Shown here piece by piece: positions 30,361 to 40,579 of a DNA stretch of 64,000 bases. Positions within the stretch are counted from its first letter, which is position 1. The number at the start of each line of letters is the position of its first letter. Below the pieces are notes generated by a model. The model ran no database searches. It worked only from the letters and a program-made list of their open reading frames with translations, and had not been told where the DNA came from. Both the position numbers and the translations under genes were made by a program. The stretch covers positions 836-64,835 of the forward strand of contig CAWDST010000024.1 in NCBI GenBank assembly GCA_963804965.1, given 5' to 3'. This DNA is from an uncultured delta proteobacterium. Lineage in GTDB: Bacteria; Desulfobacterota; Desulfobulbia; Desulfobulbales; Desulfocapsaceae.

Positions 30361-31017
30361 ATGAATATTCTAAGAATTGCAGCGTTCTCCGACGGAGAGG
30401 TCGGAGGTAATCCGGCAGGTGTTATAATGAGCGATAGCTTCCCCGATGAAACCGAGATGCAGCAAATAGCCGCGGAAGTTGGATTCTCGGAAACAGCGTT
30501 TGCGGTTGCCGCTGGAAATGACTGGCGAGTACGCTATTTTTCGCCGGAATCCGAGGTCCCTTTCTGTGGTCACGCGACGATTGCCCTTGGCGCGGCACTT
30601 GCTCTCAGGCACGGTGATGGCGTGTTTTCCCTGATTCTCAATCAAGCGAAAATCACCGTTGAAGGTCGCCGAAACGGCGACGTCATTGCCGCTGCACTGC
30701 AATCCCCACCGACCCGCAGCACCTCGGCATCGTCTGGACTTGTATCTTCAGCTCTCGAATTGTTCGGCTACACGGCCGACGATCTTGACCCCAGGATTCC
30801 ACCCGCACGCATCCACGGCGGGGCGAATCATCTGGTACTCGGCCTGAAGTCGCGCGCAGCCCTTGCAGCCATGCATTGATCGATTTGGCATGGCGGTCAC
30901 ATAGATATTGTCCAGGGCGAGGATATGGGCATGCGCTCTCGCCTCCGGGCGGACATATCTCCGGTGCCGGCAAGCTCGATTCGAGTTTCGGGCACTGCAC
31001 GAATTATGCAGTCTTGA
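30361..31017 (+). pseudogene. PhzF-family epimerase with internal deletion
   Basis: GGNPAGV, FSETAF, RYFSPESEVPFCGHAT; stops at 30879. C-terminus (IDIVQGEDMG...IRVSGTARIM*) resumes in another frame; the EDPATG-containing segment is missing. Confidence 0.8.
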
Positions 31018-31088
31018 CCTGTCAATGACGTTATTTGATAGTGGAATCATCCATCAACTCTTTCAACTTCACAAAAGGAGAATCCAAC

Positions 31089-31523
31089 ATGCCTCAAGCA
31101 CTTATTGTTTATTCAACCCGTACCGGTCAAACCAGAAACATTGCCGAACTTATCGCAGAAGGATTACGATTTTCAGCAATTGCGGTGACCTTGAAGGATG
31201 TAACGGAGATCAAACGTGAGACCGAGCTGGCCGGCTTTGATATCTTTGTATTCGGCTCATCCACCTATCATGGTGCGATGATGGACAGAATGAAGACGTT
31301 TCTCTTCCTCGCCGAAAGGGCTGAGCTGAAAGGTAAGATAGGAGGAGCGTTTGGCTCGTTTGGCTGGAGTGGTGAAGCAGCCGAACGGATTTTCGAAACC
31401 ATGAAAAACATATACGGTATGGAAATGGTCAGCTCACCGCTGATGTTGAAAACAAGTTCGGTCGATGGAGGAACCAAGGTAGCCCAAGCCTATGGCAAGG
31501 AACTGGCCGGCAAGGCTGCATAA
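31089..31523 (+). CDS. Flavodoxin-domain protein
   Basis: IVYSTRTGQT, GSSTYHG, AFGSFGWSGEA; AAGGAG RBS. Confidence 0.9.
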   Translation: MPQALIVYSTRTGQTRNIAELIAEGLRFSAIAVTLKDVTEIKRETELAGFDIFVFGSSTYHGAMMDRMKTFLFLAERAELKGKIGGAFGSFGWSGEAAERIFETMKNIYGMEMVSSPLMLKTSSVDGGTKVAQAYGKELAGKAA

Positions 31524-31573
31524 GGGATACTGACCGACTTCATGATGCGGCCAGATCTTCTTTGCTTCTTCCG

Positions 31574-31679
31574 GGCCTAATTTCCCTCCATACCGGGAAA
31601 TTAGGCCTTCAACCATCGAAAAATGATGGCCGAAGTGTTTCATCAAGGATATTTCCCTACATACAGGGAAATATCCTTG
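31574..31679. promoter_or_regulatory. Two palindromic operators (TTCCC-N8-GGGAA) upstream of the HTH gene
   Basis: GGCCTAATTTCCC-TCCATACC-GGGAAATTAGGCC and CAAGGATATTTCCC-TACATACA-GGGAAATATCCTTG. Confidence 0.65.
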
Positions 31680-31750
31680 GCCAATAGACAATTTGCTTTT
31701 AATGCAGGATTCAAAACACACAAATCCCGCTCTATAGAGGGAAAGCTCCC

Positions 31751-31930
31751 ATGTCGATCAGCATAGCAAAACTGATAGCCTATCACCGCAATCGAAGCGG
31801 ACTAACCCAGCAGGAACTCGCCACTCTGGCCGGAGTCGGCAAAAAACTGGTTTATGAATTGGAGAAGGGGAAGGAGACGGTACGGCTGAAAAACCTGCTC
31901 AATGCGCGCCTGGCCCGCATCTATTCCTGA
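31751..31930 (+). CDS. HipB/XRE-family HTH protein (59 aa, probably truncated; absent from the ORF track)
   Basis: Manual translation MSISIAKLIAYHRNRSGLTQQELATLAGVGKKLVYELEKGKETVRLKNLLNARLARIYS*. Confidence 0.7.
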   Translation: MSISIAKLIAYHRNRSGLTQQELATLAGVGKKLVYELEKGKETVRLKNLLNARLARIYS

Positions 31931-31979
31931 TATTGCGAGTCCGAAGCACTGCTCACACTCTTGTGGCTATCAAGGTGCC

Positions 31980-32735
31980 TTACGAGATGCCGAGCATCAG
32001 ACCGCAGAAACCGACGACCACCATCAGGGCCGACCATTCCCGCAGCGTGACCGGCCGGCAGGGGATGGTTCTCTCCGCCCCGTAGCAGCGGGCTTCCATC
32101 GCCGATGCCAGCCGGTCGGCGGTGATACAGGTCCGGCGCAGGAGGGGCATGCAGAGCGCGGTGATGCGGCGCAGCGGGTTTTTGCAGTTTTCGATCGACC
32201 GGGCCCGCAGGGCCTCCTGCTGTTCCGCCGACTGGGATAAAATGACCGGGATAAATCGGACCAATAGGCCGATCATCGTCGCCGCCTGGCGATGGGGGAT
32301 AAAGGGTATCGGTTTCAACAGCCATTCTACCGCCGCACGGATCTCCGAGGGTCGGGTGGTGAAGGTGACCAACAGACCAAAAAGGGCGATGACCAGCAAC
32401 CGTCCGGCCGCCAGCAGCCCGGCATGAACGCCCTGCCGACTTGCCGGCAGCCAGGGCAGGTCGAAAAGCACATCGCCCGGCGTGGTCAAGGTCCGCGCCA
32501 CGAAAACACAGCCGAGCAGGACAAGGTACCACTTCATTCCAAGAAGGCAGCGGAGCGGCGAACAGCGACCGACAGCAAGCAGGCCCAAGGCGGCAAGAAA
32601 CGCCAGGCCAAGGGCCGGGAGCCCGGCGTGCAGACCGGCCATGCTGATAAAAACCAGCGCCGCCAGTTTGACCCTGGCATCGAGCTGGTGCAGGACTGTG
32701 CGCTCTGACCGGAAGCCGAAGACTACCGCAACCAT
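31980..32735 (-). CDS. ECF transporter transmembrane T component
   Basis: LHQLDARVKL, RFIP, ALRAR, AMEARCY. Confidence 0.9.
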   Translation of the reverse strand: MVAVVFGFRSERTVLHQLDARVKLAALVFISMAGLHAGLPALGLAFLAALGLLAVGRCSPLRCLLGMKWYLVLLGCVFVARTLTTPGDVLFDLPWLPASRQGVHAGLLAAGRLLVIALFGLLVTFTTRPSEIRAAVEWLLKPIPFIPHRQAATMIGLLVRFIPVILSQSAEQQEALRARSIENCKNPLRRITALCMPLLRRTCITADRLASAMEARCYGAERTIPCRPVTLREWSALMVVVGFCGLMLGIS

Positions 32736-33472
32736 GATTCCACCGCACCACCCAACCGGACAGCGGCCGGGATTCGGACCCCGTGGGATTCGGCTTCGAG
32801 CACGACGCTTGCCGGCGGGCCGTCGGCGACGATCCGACCCTCCCGCATGATAATCAGCCGCCCGGCATGGGCCAGCACCTTTTCCAGGTCATGGACGCAG
32901 ACGACGATGGTCGTACCGCTGGTATGCAGGTCGACGATATGGGCCAGGATCTGGCGGACCCCGTCATAATCGAGATTGGCAAAGGGTTCGTCAAGGACAA
33001 TAACCTCCGGCTCCATCGCCAGCACTCCGGCAATCGCCAGGCGGCGTTTTTCCCCGCCGGACAGCAGATGCGGGCTGCGGTGGTGCATCTCCGAAAGTCC
33101 CACCAAATGGAGGGCGCGCTCGACGTTTTCCTTGATCCTTGCCGGAGGCCAGTTGAGGTTCTCCGGTCCGAAGGCGGCATCGTCGTAGACCGTCTCGCCG
33201 ACGATCTGACTGTCGGCATCCTGGAACACCATGCCGACCGTGCGCCGGGCGTGCAGCAGGTCCTGCTTAACCGGCACCCCGCCGACACGGACCGTCCCGG
33301 CCAGGGGAGTGAGCAGGCCGTTGCAGTGCTTGAGAAGGGTCGATTTCCCGGCACCGTTCGACCCGGCCAGGACGACAAAGGAACCACGAACGATGGTCAG
33401 ATCGATCCGGTCCAGGCTGGTCCTCCCGTCGGGGTAACAATGCGTTAGCCCGCAAATCTCGATAATGTCCAT
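32723..33472 (-). CDS. ECF transporter ATPase (CbiO/BioM-like)
   Basis: GSNGAGKST, FQDADSQ, LSGGEKRR, LDEP. Confidence 0.92.
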   Translation of the reverse strand: MDIIEICGLTHCYPDGRTSLDRIDLTIVRGSFVVLAGSNGAGKSTLLKHCNGLLTPLAGTVRVGGVPVKQDLLHARRTVGMVFQDADSQIVGETVYDDAAFGPENLNWPPARIKENVERALHLVGLSEMHHRSPHLLSGGEKRRLAIAGVLAMEPEVIVLDEPFANLDYDGVRQILAHIVDLHTSGTTIVVCVHDLEKVLAHAGRLIIMREGRIVADGPPASVVLEAESHGVRIPAAVRLGGAVESWLR

Positions 33473-33486
33473 CGGCTACGACCCTT

Positions 33487-34062
33487 CTATTTCAGAGATT
33501 CGACCGGCTTTTGGCCGAGCTGGCCGTGCAGCAGCGGCCTGACGCTTTTCACGATCACATACGCGGCGGCGATTTTCAAAAGGTCGCCGATCACAAAGGG
33601 ATACATCCCGACGGCCAGGGCCTTGCCGTAACTGAAGCCCAGGGCCATCTTCAGCCAGGGCACGCCGATGGCGTAGACAATCAGGCTGCCGACAACCATC
33701 GCCGCGATCTCCACCCCAGGCCGCCGCCCGGACACATCCGAGATCTTCCCGACCACCCAGGCGCAGGCGAGGAAACCAAAGAGGTAACCGCCCCGGGGCC
33801 CGAACAAATGGCCCAGTCCCCCGCCGCCACCGGCAAATACCGGCAGACCGCAGGACCCCGCCAGCAGATAGACGGCGACGGCGGCGCTGCCCCACCTGCT
33901 GCCGAGCAAAAGCGCCGCCACCAGGACGAAGAGATTCTGCAGAACGATGGGTACCGGGCCAATGGGGATGGCGAGGTAGCCGCCGACGGCAATGAGTGCC
34001 GCCATCAGTGATGCGAGGACGAGTTTATGGAGGTCCGGGTGGTTGTTCTTCGAGTTATTCAT
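33487..34062 (-). CDS. bioY: Biotin ECF S-component
   Basis: GPVPIVLQ, GLPVFAGG, GGYLFGF, PFVIGDLLK. Confidence 0.93.
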   Translation of the reverse strand: MNNSKNNHPDLHKLVLASLMAALIAVGGYLAIPIGPVPIVLQNLFVLVAALLLGSRWGSAAVAVYLLAGSCGLPVFAGGGGGLGHLFGPRGGYLFGFLACAWVVGKISDVSGRRPGVEIAAMVVGSLIVYAIGVPWLKMALGFSYGKALAVGMYPFVIGDLLKIAAAYVIVKSVRPLLHGQLGQKPVESLK

Positions 34063-34115
34063 GGTACACCTCAAACGATTTTTTTTATTTGACCGACGAA
34101 ACGGTCATCTTTATG

Positions 34116-35039
34116 TCATGACGAATGAAAACAGTCGCCGTAAAAAACGGTGCGCCGCCCGCCGTCCGCCATTTCGAGAACCAAGCCGCCGTCGTCATCG
34201 ACATCGACGGCTAAGCCCTCATAGATGTCGCGGACGGTGGCGATCGTCACCCGCCGTCCAAGGGTGACGGTCCGGGCTTTCCAGGCGAGGATGACCTCCG
34301 GCCGGGAAAAATTCGTCATCCGCTGTTCGAAAAGATCGAGAAAACCGGAGAGCACCTCGACGCGATTGAACGTCCGGCCGGTGAGCTGCAATGCGGAGAC
34401 CGCTGGTTTGTCTAGGGCCTCCGGCCGGTTGTTGAGATTGAGGCCGATGCCGATATTGATAAAGGCGAGCTGATCACCCTCGGATTCCATCTGCGACAGG
34501 ATGCCGGCAATTTTACGCTGATCGACCAGGACATCGTTCGGCCATTTGACCTGGGCGGCAATGCCGCAGCACTGCTCCAGGACCGAAACGAGATCGAGCG
34601 CCACGGCGAAATTGACCAGCGAGCCCTCCTTGGGGGGCAGGGACGGCCTGAGGACGATGGAAAAATAGAGCCCGCCCTCCTCCGACTGCCAGACCCGCTG
34701 CATCCGGCCCCGCCCTTCCGTCTGGCGGTCGGCGATGACCACGGTATACGGCGGACAGCCGGCCCGGGCCAGCTCTTTGGCGCGGTTCATGGTCGAATCC
34801 AGCTCGGGATGGTAATGTATCCGCGCGGCGCGAGCCCCGAACAGCCAGGAAAACGGGGAGTCCGGCGTCGCCGCCAGGCGGTAGCCTTTGGCTGTCGACT
34901 CTATCTTTATCCCGCTTTTTTTCAGCTGGTCGATATGCTTCCAGATTGCCACCCGAGAGACCTGCAATTGCCGGCCGATCTCTTCGCCCGAGAGCGGATG
35001 CGGGGATTCCCGCAACATTGTCATTATTCTATTTTTCAT
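34116..35039 (-). CDS. birA: Bifunctional biotin ligase/repressor
   Basis: N-terminal HTH (SGEEIG...VSRVAIWKHI), DSTM, QTEGRGR, KWPND, KIAGIL. Confidence 0.95.
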   Translation of the reverse strand: MKNRIMTMLRESPHPLSGEEIGRQLQVSRVAIWKHIDQLKKSGIKIESTAKGYRLAATPDSPFSWLFGARAARIHYHPELDSTMNRAKELARAGCPPYTVVIADRQTEGRGRMQRVWQSEEGGLYFSIVLRPSLPPKEGSLVNFAVALDLVSVLEQCCGIAAQVKWPNDVLVDQRKIAGILSQMESEGDQLAFINIGIGLNLNNRPEALDKPAVSALQLTGRTFNRVEVLSGFLDLFEQRMTNFSRPEVILAWKARTVTLGRRVTIATVRDIYEGLAVDVDDDGGLVLEMADGGRRTVFYGDCFHSS

Positions 35040-35068
35040 TTTGTATCTATTGAGCACTATTGATAAAG

Positions 35069-35109
35069 TTCCCCCACCCCTTGCGGGAGGGGGTTAGGGG
35101 GTGGGGGAA
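35069..35109. repeat. GC-rich REP-like palindrome
   Basis: TTCCCCCACCCCTTGCGGGAGGGGGTTAGGGGGTGGGGGAA. Confidence 0.55.
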
Positions 35110-35157
35110 GCTAAAACCAAACGGACAAAGCACATACGGTTGAAATAAACCACAATC

Positions 35158-35187
35158 GGTTAACCATAAACGAACTGATGGTTAACA
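35158..35187. promoter_or_regulatory. BirA operator
   Basis: GTTAACC-N14-GGTTAAC palindrome upstream of birA-bioY, matching the TGTnAACC-N14-GGTTnACA type of BirA site. Confidence 0.85.
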
Positions 35188-35401
35188 ACTCTTGCCCATG
35201 ATTGTCAAGGGTGCATTGCATGGACCATCTTTTTCGTGGGGCATGCAATACACCCTTTGCACCCGAGCGCACCTGGTAAGAAATTTGCAAACAACAGCCG
35301 CAAAGATTCCGCACCGCCCCACCTGGACTTTCCTTCACCGGCAAAGTAAGGTTTATTGAATACCGCACAGTCTCGGCCGACACACCCCCGAAAGGTCGAC
35401 A

Positions 35402-37525
35402 ATGAAATACAATAGCAAAAAAACAATAGGAATAATCACAGTATGTTCGGTGGTAATCCTGATCGCCATGCTGGTCAATTACCGGATCACCCAACATGTG
35501 GTGGAAAGGACCGTCATAGCCCAACAGGAGGATATCACAGCCAAAGCCGTCAACACCGTCGAGATATGGCTCAACCAGCAGACGAAGATCCTTGAGGCCG
35601 CCGCCAACACCATCCCCCTCAACGATCTCGGCCAAAACCCACCAACCATGCTGCCCCTGTATATGGCCATGCAGGCCGGCCATTTTACCGATGTCTATGT
35701 CGGCACCCCGGAGGGTGCGTTGCTCGATGGCGCCAAGTGGCTGCCGCCACCCGGCTATGACCCTCGCCACCGCCCCTGGTATAAACGCGCGATGGAGACC
35801 GGAACCCTCAGTTTCACCACCCCCTATATCGATATGGTAACCAATGAACTGGTTATTGCCCTGGTCAAACCGCTCCATGTCGACGGGAGATTCGTTGGCG
35901 TGATCGGTGCAGATACGGTTCTCGACACCCTGGTCGAAAATGTCCTCAATTATAAACAGAGTGAATCCGGCTTTGCCTTTATCGTCGAGAAAAGCGGGAC
36001 GATCATCGTTCATCCGAATAAGGACTATGTCATGCGGGCCAGGCTGCAGGTCATCGAACCGGCCCTCGAACACAAGGTCAGCACGTTCAGCTCGACCGGC
36101 AGCGGCACGATCTCCTATATAAGCGGTGACGGCCGTGAGCATATCCTGTCGTCAAAGCAGATAAGCGGCTCGGACTGGTTTCTCTGTGTCACCGTTCCCC
36201 GCGATGAGGCCTATTCGCTGACCCGCAAGACGACCATGGTTTTTGCCATGGAAATCGTCTTGAAACTCCTCGCCTTCCTCCTCTTCATCGTCCTCGTTGG
36301 CCTGGGGATCAGCAGTATCGTCGTCTTTCTTTTCAGCAAACGCTACAGCACCGCGGTCCAGCAGCACCGCGAGGAACTCTCAGACATCAGCCGCGATCTG
36401 GAGTGGAACATCACCAAGAGGATGGAGGTCGAGACCTATTACAAGACGCTCTTCAACGTCGCCAACGATGCGATTTTACTCAGCAACGATCTGACCTATG
36501 TCGAGTGCAACCAGAAGGCTGTGGAGATGTTCGGCCTGCCTCGGGAAGAGCTGCTGACCAAAACCATTCTCGACTGTTCACCGGAACTGCAGCCGGACGG
36601 CTCGCGCAGCAGTGACCGGCTGGCGACCATCCTGCAGGATTCCCGTAACGGCAAGCAGAATGTCTTCCGCTGGTCGTTTATCCGCGCGGACGGCGTCGAA
36701 TTCCCGGCCTCGGTCGGGCTTACCAGCTTCAGGCTGAATAACCGCGATCTGGTCCTGTCGTCCATCCGCGATATCTCCAAGCGCGTCGACGCCGAAATGC
36801 AGTTGATGCAGGCTCAGAAAATGGCCGCCGTCGGTGAGATGCTCGGGGCCATCGCCCACCAATGGCGGCAGCCGCTCAATACGCTGTCCACCTATATTTC
36901 CAGTCTCCAGGCGGCCTATTACAACCAGGTCCTGTCAAAGGAGGTGGTGGAACGGGTGGTGACCGGGGCGAGCGACCAGATCACCTTCATGTCGAAAACC
37001 ATCGATGATTTCCGCAACTTCTTCAAACCTTCGAAAACCAAGGGCCCCATCGACCTCCTCAAGGCGATCATCAGCGCCGTTAAACTGATGGAAGCGCAGA
37101 TGCGCCATAACCGCATCAAATTGACAGTGAAAAACCTGACCGGCGCCCATTCGCTTATGGTCTTCGGCTATGAGGGCGAATTTATCCACGTCCTGGTCAA
37201 TATCCTCGCCAACGCCAAGGACGCTATCCTGGAAAACGTCAGCAAGACGGAAGGGGCAAGCGACAGAAACATCGACATCGTCATCCTTGGCAGCCGCGAC
37301 CTGGCGATCGTCGAAATCATCGATAACGGTGGCGGCATCCCCGGCCATCTGCTGATGAAGATCTTCAATCCTTATTACACCACGAAAAGCACCTCTGCCG
37401 GCACCGGCATGGGCCTCTATATGTCGAAAATGATAGTCGAAAAAGAAATGGACGGTGAACTCCGGGCGGAAAATACCGAGACCGGAGCACGCTTCACCAT
37501 CCGCTTGAAGAAGATGGGGGCCTAA
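35402..37525 (+). CDS. Cache-PAS sensor histidine kinase
   Basis: TM, YDPRHRPWY Cache motif, PAS, IAHQWRQPLN H-box, NAKDA, DNGGG, GTGMGL. Confidence 0.92.
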   Translation: MKYNSKKTIGIITVCSVVILIAMLVNYRITQHVVERTVIAQQEDITAKAVNTVEIWLNQQTKILEAAANTIPLNDLGQNPPTMLPLYMAMQAGHFTDVYVGTPEGALLDGAKWLPPPGYDPRHRPWYKRAMETGTLSFTTPYIDMVTNELVIALVKPLHVDGRFVGVIGADTVLDTLVENVLNYKQSESGFAFIVEKSGTIIVHPNKDYVMRARLQVIEPALEHKVSTFSSTGSGTISYISGDGREHILSSKQISGSDWFLCVTVPRDEAYSLTRKTTMVFAMEIVLKLLAFLLFIVLVGLGISSIVVFLFSKRYSTAVQQHREELSDISRDLEWNITKRMEVETYYKTLFNVANDAILLSNDLTYVECNQKAVEMFGLPREELLTKTILDCSPELQPDGSRSSDRLATILQDSRNGKQNVFRWSFIRADGVEFPASVGLTSFRLNNRDLVLSSIRDISKRVDAEMQLMQAQKMAAVGEMLGAIAHQWRQPLNTLSTYISSLQAAYYNQVLSKEVVERVVTGASDQITFMSKTIDDFRNFFKPSKTKGPIDLLKAIISAVKLMEAQMRHNRIKLTVKNLTGAHSLMVFGYEGEFIHVLVNILANAKDAILENVSKTEGASDRNIDIVILGSRDLAIVEIIDNGGGIPGHLLMKIFNPYYTTKSTSAGTGMGLYMSKMIVEKEMDGELRAENTETGARFTIRLKKMGA

Positions 37526-37528
37526 GCC

Positions 37529-38935
37529 ATGATCACCTCGGAAATGAAAAACTGCCATATCCTGCTGGTCGACGACGAGCCTTCGGAACTTGACGCCTAC
37601 AGCCTGTTGCTCAACTCCATGGGCATCAAGAACGTCGTCACCCTCGCCGACAGCCGTATGGTCGCTGAAAGCCTTGCGAAGATGCAATCGCCGGTCGTGT
37701 TTCTCGATCTCAACATGCCGCACATGACCGGCCAGGATGTCCTCAGGCAACTGAAGGTGCACCATCCGCAGGTACCGGTGGTCATCATCACCGCCAATTC
37801 CGAGATCGAGACCGCCGTCGAGTGTCTCCGCCTCGGCGCCCATGATTACCTGGTCAAACCCATCGACCTGAAGATGTTCAGCTCCGCCCTGCGCAACGCC
37901 CTGGAGATCAGCCTGCTGCGCAATGAAGTCATGTCGCTGAAGGGCATATCCTTTGCCATGGGTAGCCCGCGCCATAAGGCCTTTGACCGTATCATCACCC
38001 AGAGTCCCGGCATGTTATCGATCTTCCAGTATATTGAGTCGATTGCCGCAAGCGGTATGCCGGTGCTGATTCTCGGCGAAACGGGCTCAGGCAAGGAGCT
38101 GGTCGCCAAGGCCATCCACGAAATCTGCGGCCTTACCGGCAACTACGTGGTGGTCGATGTCTCCGGTCTCGACGACACGCTCTTTTCCGATACCCTTTTC
38201 GGCCACGCCAAAGGAGCCTATACCGGGGCCGACGGCGTCCGTCCCGGACTCCTGGAAAAAGCCGCGGGTGGCACCATTTTTCTTGACGAAATCGGTGATT
38301 TAAGTGAGATGTCCCAGGTAAAACTGCTCCGTCTCCTGCAGGAAAACATCTACTATCCGCTTGGCTCCGACCAACCGAAGCAGTGCCATGCCCGTATCGT
38401 CACCGCCGCCAACAAGGACCTGACCATGCTCGCCGGCCGGGACGGCGAATTTCGCATGGATCTCTATTATCGGCTGAGTACCCACCTCATCCGCCTGCCG
38501 CCCCTGCGCGAGCGCCGGGAGGATATCCCAGCCCTCGTTGCCTTTCTCGCGGCGGAGGCGGCCACCGCCATGCACAAAGCAACACCGACCATCAGTGACC
38601 GGGCGATGAACCTGCTGCTCCATCACCCTTTCTGGGGCAATATCCGGGAACTGAAAACCTATATCGTCGATGCGGTGGCCCGTTGCGACAGCGGTCGCAT
38701 CGAAGAAGAACTGATCTCCGGTCGGCTGGTCGCACAGGTCTCGGCAGGCCTTGAAACCATCTCCGGTGCCTCCTCTCTCACCACCCTCTTCGGCCATTTC
38801 CCAAGCCTTGAGGAACTGATCGAATACGCCACCTCCGAGGCGCTGGCCAGCTCCGACAACAACCAGAGCCAGGCGGCTCGTCTCCTTGGCATCTCCCGAC
38901 AGGCCCTGAACAAACGTTTGCGAAAACGCGGATAA
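37529..38935 (+). CDS. NtrC-family sigma54 response regulator
   Basis: REC domain, GETGSGKE, GAYTGA, FLDEIGD, WGNIREL, Fis HTH. Confidence 0.93.
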   Translation: MITSEMKNCHILLVDDEPSELDAYSLLLNSMGIKNVVTLADSRMVAESLAKMQSPVVFLDLNMPHMTGQDVLRQLKVHHPQVPVVIITANSEIETAVECLRLGAHDYLVKPIDLKMFSSALRNALEISLLRNEVMSLKGISFAMGSPRHKAFDRIITQSPGMLSIFQYIESIAASGMPVLILGETGSGKELVAKAIHEICGLTGNYVVVDVSGLDDTLFSDTLFGHAKGAYTGADGVRPGLLEKAAGGTIFLDEIGDLSEMSQVKLLRLLQENIYYPLGSDQPKQCHARIVTAANKDLTMLAGRDGEFRMDLYYRLSTHLIRLPPLRERREDIPALVAFLAAEAATAMHKATPTISDRAMNLLLHHPFWGNIRELKTYIVDAVARCDSGRIEEELISGRLVAQVSAGLETISGASSLTTLFGHFPSLEELIEYATSEALASSDNNQSQAARLLGISRQALNKRLRKRG

Positions 38936-38983
38936 AAAATACTCCCACCTGAGGTATCAAAACAAAAACGGGCCCTTTTTTCG

Positions 38984-39032
38984 TGTCAACCCAGGCTGAC
39001 GATGTCAACCTGGGTTGACATCGTCGTTGACA
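38984..39032. promoter_or_regulatory. Tandem palindromic enhancer boxes TGTCAAC-N4-GTTGACA
   Basis: TGTCAAC-CCAG-GCTGACG, TGTCAAC-CTGG-GTTGACA and an extra GTTGACA half-site, ~100 nt upstream of a sigma54-like promoter. Confidence 0.7.
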
Positions 39033-39124
39033 CCGCCCTTTTCCTTCCGTCCGCCTCCGCCCTTTCCACCCTCATTTTCAGCCTTTCAGTGATCGCTGGC
39101 GGCAAACCTCAGGCAACCTGCCAC

Positions 39125-39141
39125 CTGGCACGCAATTTGGT
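39125..39141 (+). promoter_or_regulatory. Sigma54-like promoter for the ABC operon
   Basis: CTGGCACGCAATTTGGT: consensus -24 box, -12 GG instead of GC. Confidence 0.65.
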
Positions 39142-39234
39142 ATGTCCACCTTCAGGAAAACCGTCGTCGCCAACCTTGGCGATGGACGTTCATACGCCGT
39201 TTGGGCACAACCCCTAACACTTTGAGGACTATCT

Positions 39235-40464
39235 ATGAACATGTTCAGCAGATTCACCCTTCCCGTCGTCGCTTTGTCGCTGGCCTTTGGCTCCTTTGCC
39301 GCGGCCAACACCGTCAAGATCGGTAACATCGAACCCATGTCCGGACCCTCCGCGACCCTCGGCAAGCAGGGCAAGGCTGCCCGCGAGATGGCGGTTGAGG
39401 AGATCAACGCCGCCGGCGGCATCAAGTCACTGAATGGCGCCAAACTTGAACTGATCTATGCCGACTCCGAATCAAAACCGGAAAAGGGCGTGGCCGAGGC
39501 GGAGCGGTTGATCAACACCGAGAAGGTTCATGTCCTCACCGGTTGCTGGAACAGCGCCGTCACCTACCCGACCACCGCGGTGGCCGAGCGCTACGGCATC
39601 CCCTTTGTTGTTCCGGTCTCCGTCTCCGATAAAATCACCGACCAAGGTTTTAAAAACGTCTTCCGCATCGCCGCCAAGGACTCCTGGTGGACCAAGGACC
39701 AGTTCACTTTCTTGAAGGACATGCAGGCCGAATTCGGCACCAAAGTTGAAACCCTCGCCTTTGTTTATGAAAATGGCGATTGGGGCAAAGGCTTTGCCAC
39801 CCAGTGGAAAAAACTGGCCGAGACCGCCGGTTACAAGGTCGTCCTCGATGAGCCCTATCCCTCCACCACCACCGACCTCAGCCCGGTCGTTCAGAAAATT
39901 AAAAGGGCCAACCCCGATGTGCTGATGCTCGTTTCCAACGCCGCCGACGCCATCCTCCTCACCAACACCATCGCCGAGTACAAAGTTAAAGTAAAAGCCA
40001 TCGTTGCCAGCGGCGGCGGCCATGCCGATCCTTCCTTCATGAAGGCGGTTGGTAAAAACGCCCAGTACCTGTTCGACATCGTCGAGTGGGAAACCGATGT
40101 CAACAAACCGGGCGCCAAAGAGGCCAACGATAAATACAAAGCGAAAAACGGCGAGAATCTGACCGGCGAGGCAGTTGACGCCTACCTGGCGATGTATGTC
40201 ATCAAAGACGCCCTGGAGCGTGCAGCTTCCCTCGAACCCGCCAAGATCCGCGAGGCCCTGGCCGCCACCAACCTGACCAGCGGCCCCGGCATGATCGTCG
40301 GCTATGACGCGGTCAAGTTCGATGCCACCGGTCAGAACGAGAATGCCTCGCCGGTTATAGTCCAGGTCAACGACCTTGGCAAAGGCCTTGAGCGCATCAC
40401 CATTTGGCCGAAAAACGCCCGTCGGGCCGGCTACACCCCGGTCTTCCCGATGCCCGCCAAATAA
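39235..40464 (+). CDS. LivK/LivJ-type ABC substrate-binding protein
   Basis: Signal peptide, VKIG...PMSG, EINAAGGI, AERLI, VFRI. Confidence 0.92.
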   Translation: MNMFSRFTLPVVALSLAFGSFAAANTVKIGNIEPMSGPSATLGKQGKAAREMAVEEINAAGGIKSLNGAKLELIYADSESKPEKGVAEAERLINTEKVHVLTGCWNSAVTYPTTAVAERYGIPFVVPVSVSDKITDQGFKNVFRIAAKDSWWTKDQFTFLKDMQAEFGTKVETLAFVYENGDWGKGFATQWKKLAETAGYKVVLDEPYPSTTTDLSPVVQKIKRANPDVLMLVSNAADAILLTNTIAEYKVKVKAIVASGGGHADPSFMKAVGKNAQYLFDIVEWETDVNKPGAKEANDKYKAKNGENLTGEAVDAYLAMYVIKDALERAASLEPAKIREALAATNLTSGPGMIVGYDAVKFDATGQNENASPVIVQVNDLGKGLERITIWPKNARRAGYTPVFPMPAK

Positions 40465-40579
40465 GGCAATCAGTAACTGCCGCACTTAAACCAGGCGAGC
40501 CCGAGGTGACCTCGAACAACCTCCTAGGTCACCACGGACCCGCCTGATCGAATCTTTCTGGTTTTTCCGGGAGGCAGCA

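Noticed and set aside
28650-31017. Classical integron or CRISPR array
   Set aside because: No intI or cas gene in the window, no complete attC hairpins, and repeats are separated by whole genes, not short spacers
35111-36142. 343-aa minus-strand ORF
   Set aside because: Antisense to the histidine kinase and crosses the BirA operator
38984-39032. Second BirA site
   Set aside because: Half-site is similar but the spacing is far shorter than the BirA N14 layout, and the position fits a sigma54 enhancer
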